Shown here piece by piece: positions 62,230-64,000 of a DNA stretch of 64,000 nt (position 1 is its first letter; each line of letters starts with the position of its first letter). Under the pieces are notes generated by a model. It saw only the letters and a program-made list of their open reading frames with translations, made no database searches and was not told the DNA's origin. The stretch covers positions 10,935,728 to 10,999,727 of the forward strand of contig CAVNZM010000005.1 in assembly GCA_963693365.1 (NCBI GenBank), in the 5' to 3' direction. The stretch comes from Amoebidium appalachense (lineage: Eukaryota > Protista > Ichthyosporea). The position numbers and the translations under genes were made by a program.

Positions 62230-62829
62230 AATGTGGGAGGATGGTATGATGTTTACGAGGGTTGAGTGGAATGAGGTTATGGTGGAGTTATGGCCATAAT
62301 GGAGTGATATTGAGGGGGATGTGGAGTGAATAGGGCGAGTGCATTGGGGATGGAGAAAGGATTATACGGGCAATTTGGTATATCATATGGCAATGTAGGG
62401 GAGGAAGTGTATTTGGGTTTACCGAAAACTTATTTCCGAGGGTTTCGTAGAAGTTCTATTTATGTGTTGTATAGCTATAGGAGGCCTTGATTTGAATTGT
62501 GTCCTTGCCTGACCTACTGTATCTCATTAAATTTAAAAACCTCGACTTTGATGGGTGTTCACCGTTTTTTCCGATGTTGTTTGGGTGGCCATGGGTGCCG
62601 GTTCCATAAAAGGAGCTCAATCACAGATCTGCACAACGTGATCCCTGTTAGGCAGCACAGTTTGACATTCCGGGACAAACTGTTTGCACATGCATGCACC
62701 ATATATACCATGTAAACACGTGTTTTGTGCCCGTGCATGTGCACATCCATGGAGCATGCGGTGTGGATAGACACACAAGTACATCAGTAGCCGTACATTC
62801 CGATGACGTAGCACGGTTTGGTCTCATAG

Positions 62830-62867
<38 letters not shown>

Positions 62868-63272
62868 GCCCCAGCTCGGCCCCAATTTTTCCTTTCGTTC
62901 CTGAAGTATGACTGCAAAGCAACTTCATTGCCCCATTATATTAGCCGGACTACGTACGCTCAGCCTGAGGGAATTCCCAAATCAACCTCAGGGAAGGTGT
63001 GTGCGCATGCATGCGTGCAGGCTGGCACAAGCTTTCCCGACATGCATATGCATATGGCCGGAGCGTGGCAGTGCAGGTGTACATTAACGTGTTTGTGTCT
63101 GAAATGTGAAGTAGTGTTGATCGCGACTTTGCAATTGATGGTGGTGATGGTGTGTAGATAAATGCAACGTGATTCACAAGTACCTACTTATATTTCTTTG
63201 TGGTTTTGTCTGCGTGTCCATGGGTGCGCATGTGTGCTACCGATGGTACATATTGGTGATAGTAATAGTGGT

Positions 63273-63371
<99 letters not shown>

Positions 63372-64000
63372 AGGATCGGATGGAAGGAAAACCTGACAAC
63401 ACCAGTACGTATGCAGCCGAGGTCCAAGTTGAACGTAGTGTTTTGTGTAAGAGGGTTTCTGAATTAGTACAGTGCTGCATTACACGTGCATATATCTGGA
63501 GCGAAACCATATTCGCCATATTGAGCTGCTAGACCTTAGCGTGCAAAGAGCGGCTAAGGCCTGATAATCACACAGGCTCTCATGGTTACATAGGACACAT
63601 GTAGCTTGGCTTTATTGATATACGGCCACAGGATATACAGACGGGCGCGTTCAAATTTCGCCACAGCCTCAAAGGATCCCCATGTAAGAAAAATAAAAAC
63701 CAATACCAGTCTCGGTGTTGACTCGAGGGCATACAATGGGTTCAATCTAGCCTGCCCAACCGTAATAATGTAATTATAGCAGTTAAATTGCTCAATGATG
63801 CTTTCATGCCAATTATTCCCTTCCCCAATCACTCAGGCAGCTGGCAACGGTGCCGCCCTAACCTATTCTCTTCACACCGAAAAAGGTATTCCACCACATA
63901 GCCCCTACGACACCTTAATACAATATCAATCATAAAATCTGCTGAAAGACAAGAGGAGGAAAAACAATGAAATAACAACAAGTAGTGCTAGGAAAAGAGG

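Overview
Intron-rich eukaryotic DNA saturated with (CA)n/(TG)n, (GA)n and C/G homopolymers; the gene content suggests a unicellular opisthokont or basal fungus, but the taxon cannot be fixed from sequence. Most ORFs in the supplied track are repeat artefacts. Supported genes, left to right: two tandem cAMP-receptor-like 7TM GPCR paralogues (+), an S28 prolylcarboxypeptidase (-), a decayed non-RD protein kinase interrupted by an LTR remnant (+), a large secreted protein of bacterial-type SdrD/Cna-B repeats (+), an intronless GT34 glycosyltransferase (-) and an aquaporin (+). Mobile DNA: a decayed APE-RT LINE, 3' fragments of two related LINE families that both end in GTAAACCCC without a terminal poly-A tail, an LTR remnant and a hAT-type non-autonomous element with an 8-bp TSD. 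The most novel signal is a ~160-nt RNA motif in three full copies in intron 2 of the second GPCR. Its near-identical and diverged copies differ by compensatory changes that support long helices, a pseudoknot and a palindromic loop. It lies beside a second ~340-nt highly helical segment. All exon coordinates and RNA folds were derived by eye.
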